NCBI RefSeq assembly: GCF_009914755.1
Contig: NC_060927.1
DNA: 64,000 nt
Strand: one strand, 5' to 3'
From: the human T2T-CHM13v2.0 reference genome, Homo sapiens
The notes beneath the pieces are model-generated. The model saw only the letters and a list, made by a program, of their open reading frames with translations, did no database searches and was not told the DNA's origin. This document shows, piece after piece, positions 59,165 to 64,000 of this stretch. Position 1 is the first letter of the stretch, and every line of letters starts with the position of its first letter. The translations under genes were made by a program, and so were the position numbers.

Positions 59165-60691
59165 TCTTGGTGTGTTCGTTTTGCTATAGAGGAATATCTG
59201 AGGCTGGGTAATTTATAAAGAAACAGAGGATTTATTGGCTCACAATTCTATTTGCTGGAAGATTGTGCATCTGGTGAGAGCCTCAGGCAGCCTTTACTCA
59301 TGGCTGAAGGCAAAGAGGAGCTGGTGTGTGGAGACCACAGGGGAAGAGAAAAGCAAGAGGGAGAGGGGAAGGAAGTGCCAGGCTCTTAACCCTAGAAGAA
59401 AACTTAGGCAATACCATTCAGGACATAGGCATGGGCCAGGACTTCATGTCTAAAACACCAAAAGCAATGGCAACAAAAGCCAAAATTGACAAATGGGATC
59501 TAATTAAACTAAAGAGCTTCTGCACAGCAAAAGAAACTACCATCAGAGTGAACAGGAAACCTACAGAATGGGAGAAAATTTTTGCAACCTACTCATCTGA
59601 CAAAGGGCTAATATCCAGAATCTACAATGAACTCAGACAAATTTACAAGAAAAAAACAAACCACCCCATCAAAAAGTGGGCAAAGGATATGAACAGACAC
59701 TTCTCAAAAGAAGACATTTATGCAGCCAAAAAACACATGAAAAAATGCTCATCATCACTGGCCATCAGAGAAATGCAAATCAAAACCACAATGAAATACC
59801 ATCTCACACCAGTTAGAATGGCGATCATTAAAACGTCAGGAAACAACAGGTGCTGGAGAGGATGTGGAGAAATAGGAACACTTTGACACTGTTGGTGGGA
59901 CTGTAAACTAGTTCAACCATTGTGGAAGTCAGTGTGGCGATTCCTCAGGGATCTAGAACTAGAAATACCATTTGACCCAGCCATCCCATTACTGGGTATA
60001 TACCCAAAGGAGTATAAATCATGCTGCTATAAAGACACATGCACACGTATGTTCATAGTGGCATTATTCACAATAGCAAAGACTTGGAACCAACCCAAAT
60101 GTCCAACAATGATAGACTGGATTAAGAAAATGTGGCACATATACACCATGGAATACTATGCAGCCATAAAAAATGATGAGTTCATGTCCTTTGTAGGGAC
60201 ATGGATGAAACTGGAAACCATCATTCTCAGCAAACTATCACAAGGACAAAAAATCAAACACCGTATGCTCTCACTCATAGGTGGGAACTGAACAATGAGA
60301 ACACATGGACACAGGAAGGGGAACATCACACACTGGGGACTGTTGTGGGGTGGGGGGCGGGGGGAGGGATGGCATTAGGAGATATACCTAATGCTAAATG
60401 ACGAGTTAATGGGTGCAGCACACCGACATGGCACATGTATACATATGTAACAAACCTACACATTGTGCACATGTACCCTAAAACTTAAAGTATAATAAAA
60501 TAAAATTAAAAAAAGAACCAGTTCTAGGAGCAACAAATAGAGTGAAAACTTCCTCATCATCATCAGGGTATCAAGCCATTCATGAGGGATCTGCCCCCAT
60601 GATCCAAACACCTCCCATTAGGCCCCACATCCAACATTAGAGATCAGATTTCAACATGAGGTTTGGAGGGTCAGTGATCCAAACTATACCA
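59165..60691 (-). mobile_element. MSTB1/2-type MaLR solo LTR, split by L1PA4
   Basis: 'gaggctgggtaatttataaagaa...gtgccaggctctt' resumes as 'aaccag...ccattcatgagggatctgcccccatgatccaaacacctccc...ccaaactatacca'. Confidence 0.85.
59388..60514 (+). mobile_element. 5'-truncated L1PA4-like, ~1.13 kb
   Basis: ORFs 59326-59886 and 59920-60291 encode the ORF2 C-terminus; 'gctaaatgacgagttaatggg...aacaaacc'. Confidence 0.92.
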
Positions 60692-63009
60692 GTGATCTAA
60701 TGGCAGTTTTCTGCTTCCTACATTCCTTTTCTATTTACTAATTAAAATTCTTCTAAAAGCAAGAATTCCAAGAATTCTGACTTCTGCCCCTTTTATTCAC
60801 TTATTCGATCAATCGTTTATTTTTATCAGTATGGATTGGTGAATATTCTTTGGGCTATAATACTATACTATAATTATTTAATTGGTTGCTCAAATTGCTC
60901 TAGTTTCAGCCATGGAAGAGTTAATATTGCAAGTGATTGGGTGATTTTAGGGTAATTATGTGGGTTTTAGAAGAAGCTAATATTCTGTGTTGTTAGATCA
61001 ATCTTCTAGACCTGACTCTATTCTCAGTCTCTACTGAGCACTAAGCTCATTACTATTGGGAGAAGAAGATAGATCTTTCCTTCCTTTTAGAATTCTTTTA
61101 TATAATTTTTGCCTTTAGTGATCCCCTTTTCTAATGGACCTATAAATTTGGATTGGAGGGTGAGAGTGGTCTTTTCCTTGTGAATTAGGACATGATTGCA
61201 GGACTTGCATTAAGATTTCTCTTTTTTTTCTAGGATTAAATGTACAACAATTTTACTATTATTCCAGGCCCATTTACTTTGGTTTGATTATAAAATATCT
61301 ATTACTTTTTTTTCAAATTAATTGGATTGTGTCTTACAAATATAATCCTCTCACAAACTGAAATATTACTTTAATTTCACCAGAATATAGATTTCATTAG
61401 TTTTTTGCAAGTTTATTATGATTCTCTACTTTGTCCCCAGATGTAAGTCTGGATAATCTTATGTTGACTGCTACTTGTTACCACGAACTTTAGTTTGGTT
61501 TTCATACTGAAAGAAATCTCAGAATTTTAAAACACCGTTTTCCTATCTAGAACACTGAGTTTTCAGGACCAGGATACAAGGTAAATTTCTAAAAATATTG
61601 TGATTCTTATCTTTTTATATCATTAATTGAAAATCAACCATATTGATAACTCAAAATCCAGGTAAAATATATAGACATAAATGTCCCCTTAAAAATTAAT
61701 GATAATTAGGGATAATAAATATTTTAACTTAAAGCTTAAGCAGGGATGTTTTATAAGTTTCATTTCCTAAAGTAATACTTAGTACATAGGAGATGTTTAA
61801 TAGGCATGTGTGATTTAACAGAAATATCAATAAAGAATTTATAACTTCTTTGTTGTTTCAGCTAGATTATGCACATATTAATAGAATATTCATTATAAAA
61901 TTAAAAATGAATACTCAGAAATTATTCTTCAAAATCATTATTGATGCTTACTGTACTATTGTAAAAATTAAGTATTTATTTTATACTTTAATTGGAATAT
62001 CAAGAAAAATACCATTTCAGAAATATAAAAGCAAGCGAGATTACTAAAATAGTTTTTTTCTATTTGCAACTTACCATGTGGTGAGTTTACATGGAAATGG
62101 AAAATTAGTTTACATTGTGAATGTATTATTTTTATTGTAATAAAATAAGGCTTAATATATTTATATAAACTAATTAAAACTATTTAAACAGATTTATTGT
62201 GAAATTAACATTATTTACCAAAGTAATTATAAGACCTATGAAAATCATTATTTCACACTTTTCTTTCTTTACTCCTCCCTCCCCTAACCATCTATTTAAA
62301 TAATTTCAAATTCCATGTGTTTCAATAACGTGTAGGATTTTACACCCTGATACCTGAAGACAGATATTAGTTATTTATTGAATATTTAAATGACAAAGCC
62401 ACTTGAGGAAACCTGAAATTCTTTTTCAGTAGTAAATGAGTAGTTCACATGTTCAAAATCTTATTCTAGCTCTTTCTAGCTGTGTTTCCTTGACTGGGTT
62501 GCCTAACATCTCTGAACCTTCATTTAATGTCTTTCCCTAAACAAGGCGCATAATATAGACCTTACAAATTGGCTGTGACAGTGCAGTTTCATAATCAGAG
62601 GAGTGCTTATTTTGGTCTTCATTTTCAAAATCCTCTGGCTGTCATAAAACATTAGTAACGGTAACTGATTAAGAAAATATACTTTCGGTGCTACGATACT
62701 GCCAGATAACTTAATGTTCTTTTTATGATGATGATGCAAAACTTAAATTTAAAATCATGATTAAGTGAGATCCAATTGGATAATCTATCAGACTTGTCCA
62801 AGGTAACAGATTGCTTTTCTGAAGCTTTACTGAAATACAGCAAATCATGGTAGATAGAATGTTTTTTTTTACAGAGAGCATGTGATGATTATGTGATTTA
62901 TTTCTTCTGAGACTTTCAATTTATTAAAATATTAATGTTTCTTATTAATAAGAGTAACTACCAATAAGAATTCTAATAAGATCACAATGAAAGTTAACTG
63001 TCCATTTTC

Positions 63010-63220
63010 TTAAAAGGGAGGCAGCTTCATATACTGGAATATATATAGGCTTTCAAATTAGAAAGAAATATATTCAAATCCAAATTTCCACTTATTAATA
63101 CTTTTTGGAATCTTAGTTTCTTTGTTATTGATGTGGAATTAACAAAATTTCTTCTTCAGGGTTGTTTTGATGATGACAGATAATTATATATGCAGAGTTT
63201 AGTGTGGCATATGATAACTA
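63010..63220 (+). mobile_element. MIR
   Basis: 'gggaggcagc...ttcaaatcc...ccacttattaa...cttagtttc...cagggttgtt'. Confidence 0.55.
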
Positions 63221-63242
63221 AAACTTCCTCAGTTCATGTCTG
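63187..63242 (+). repeat. Probable donor copy of the 56-bp duplicate
   Basis: Matches 58914-58969 at 54/56. Confidence 0.95.
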
Positions 63243-63329
63243 TGGTAGATATAAATACATCTCCTCTTTTTGCAAGCACTCCTATTACAAATGTAGGCAT
63301 TTGCCATGTACCCGTCATGCATTATTAAA

Positions 63330-63600
63330 TGCACTCATTCATTCATTCATTTATCATAATATGCTAGGTAGCAGGAATAATCAAGTGAGGGAAATTAACA
63401 CAAATAACTACAATGTAAAGCAAGAGAGACATTTCTGAGACAATTGGCTGGTTGTTAGAGAAGAAAACGGCATTAGAAAAGTATCACAGAAGAGGTGGAA
63501 TTTAAGATTGGTCATGGAAGATGAATATGGATCCTAAATTTTGAGAAGATTGTAGAGAGGATTTAAGACTGTCAAAACAAGAAGAGTAAGTTCAAGAAGG
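63330..63600 (-). mobile_element. L2 fragment
   Basis: 'cattcattcattcattt...cacagaagaggtggaatttaagattggtcatggaagatgaatatgga'. Confidence 0.55.
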
Positions 63601-64000
63601 CATGTGTAACCAGAATAAATTTCTGAACCTCATGTGACCCAACCTTCAAACAAACAGACTCCGGTAACAATAAGAAAGTAATTTCAGTTTCTAGTTGTGT
63701 CTCTCAAAGAACATCAAAGGGTATATAGTTTAAAACCTACTTCTGCCATTCCTTTTATTCTGTGTTTTATTTTACCCCCTCCCGCTTTCCCTGAAGCATC
63801 TCTTCATGTTCTCCTTCTCTACAAAGCATCAAAATGTACTTCATCCCAAGGGGTCTTTCCTTTTCCATTTCCTTTACTGTATTTCTTTTTACTTTTATCC
63901 CTTGTAGGAATTTCTCTTGACACAATTCAAATTCCCTATTCTGGTTTTCCCTCCACTGATTAACATGATTTGCATAATAAGGCCCAAGAACTAGGGCAGG

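Larger units (their letters stand above)
58640..60920 (-). mobile_element. L1MC4/5-type 3' region, interrupted by an MST LTR
   Basis: 'tattttgtagaatatccctcaatttg...ttaccatttttccctttcc'; resumes at ~60695 with 'tctaatggcagttttct'. Confidence 0.7.

Overview
AT-rich primate genomic DNA, almost certainly human: it carries an L1Hs pre-Ta element with the ACG and G diagnostic bases. It is intronic or intergenic in character and roughly half recognisable interspersed repeats: L1s of many ages, Alu/FLAM, MIR, L2, MaLR/ERVL LTRs, hAT MITEs and microsatellites. I cannot support any host protein-coding exon, tRNA, rRNA or CRISPR array. The ORFs with recognisable protein homology are L1 ORF2 remnants or Alu read-throughs. 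I found no convincing new biological system. The most interesting signals are mechanistic scars: a young 5'-inverted pre-Ta L1 with a 16-bp TSD; several local templated duplications or insertions (262-bp tandem, ~163-bp and 56-bp dispersed copies, a hairpin template-switch, a ~265-bp foreign segment inside an old L1); an L1 with two microhomology-joined internal deletions; a probable inverted-Alu deletion scar; an Alu-L1 chimeric ORF; a compact multi-hairpin element at ~1.4 kb; and two nested LTRs whose DUX4-type sites now read as ATF4/CEBP motifs. Subfamily names come from remembered diagnostic motifs, not from a RepeatMasker run, and boundaries of old repeats are approximate.
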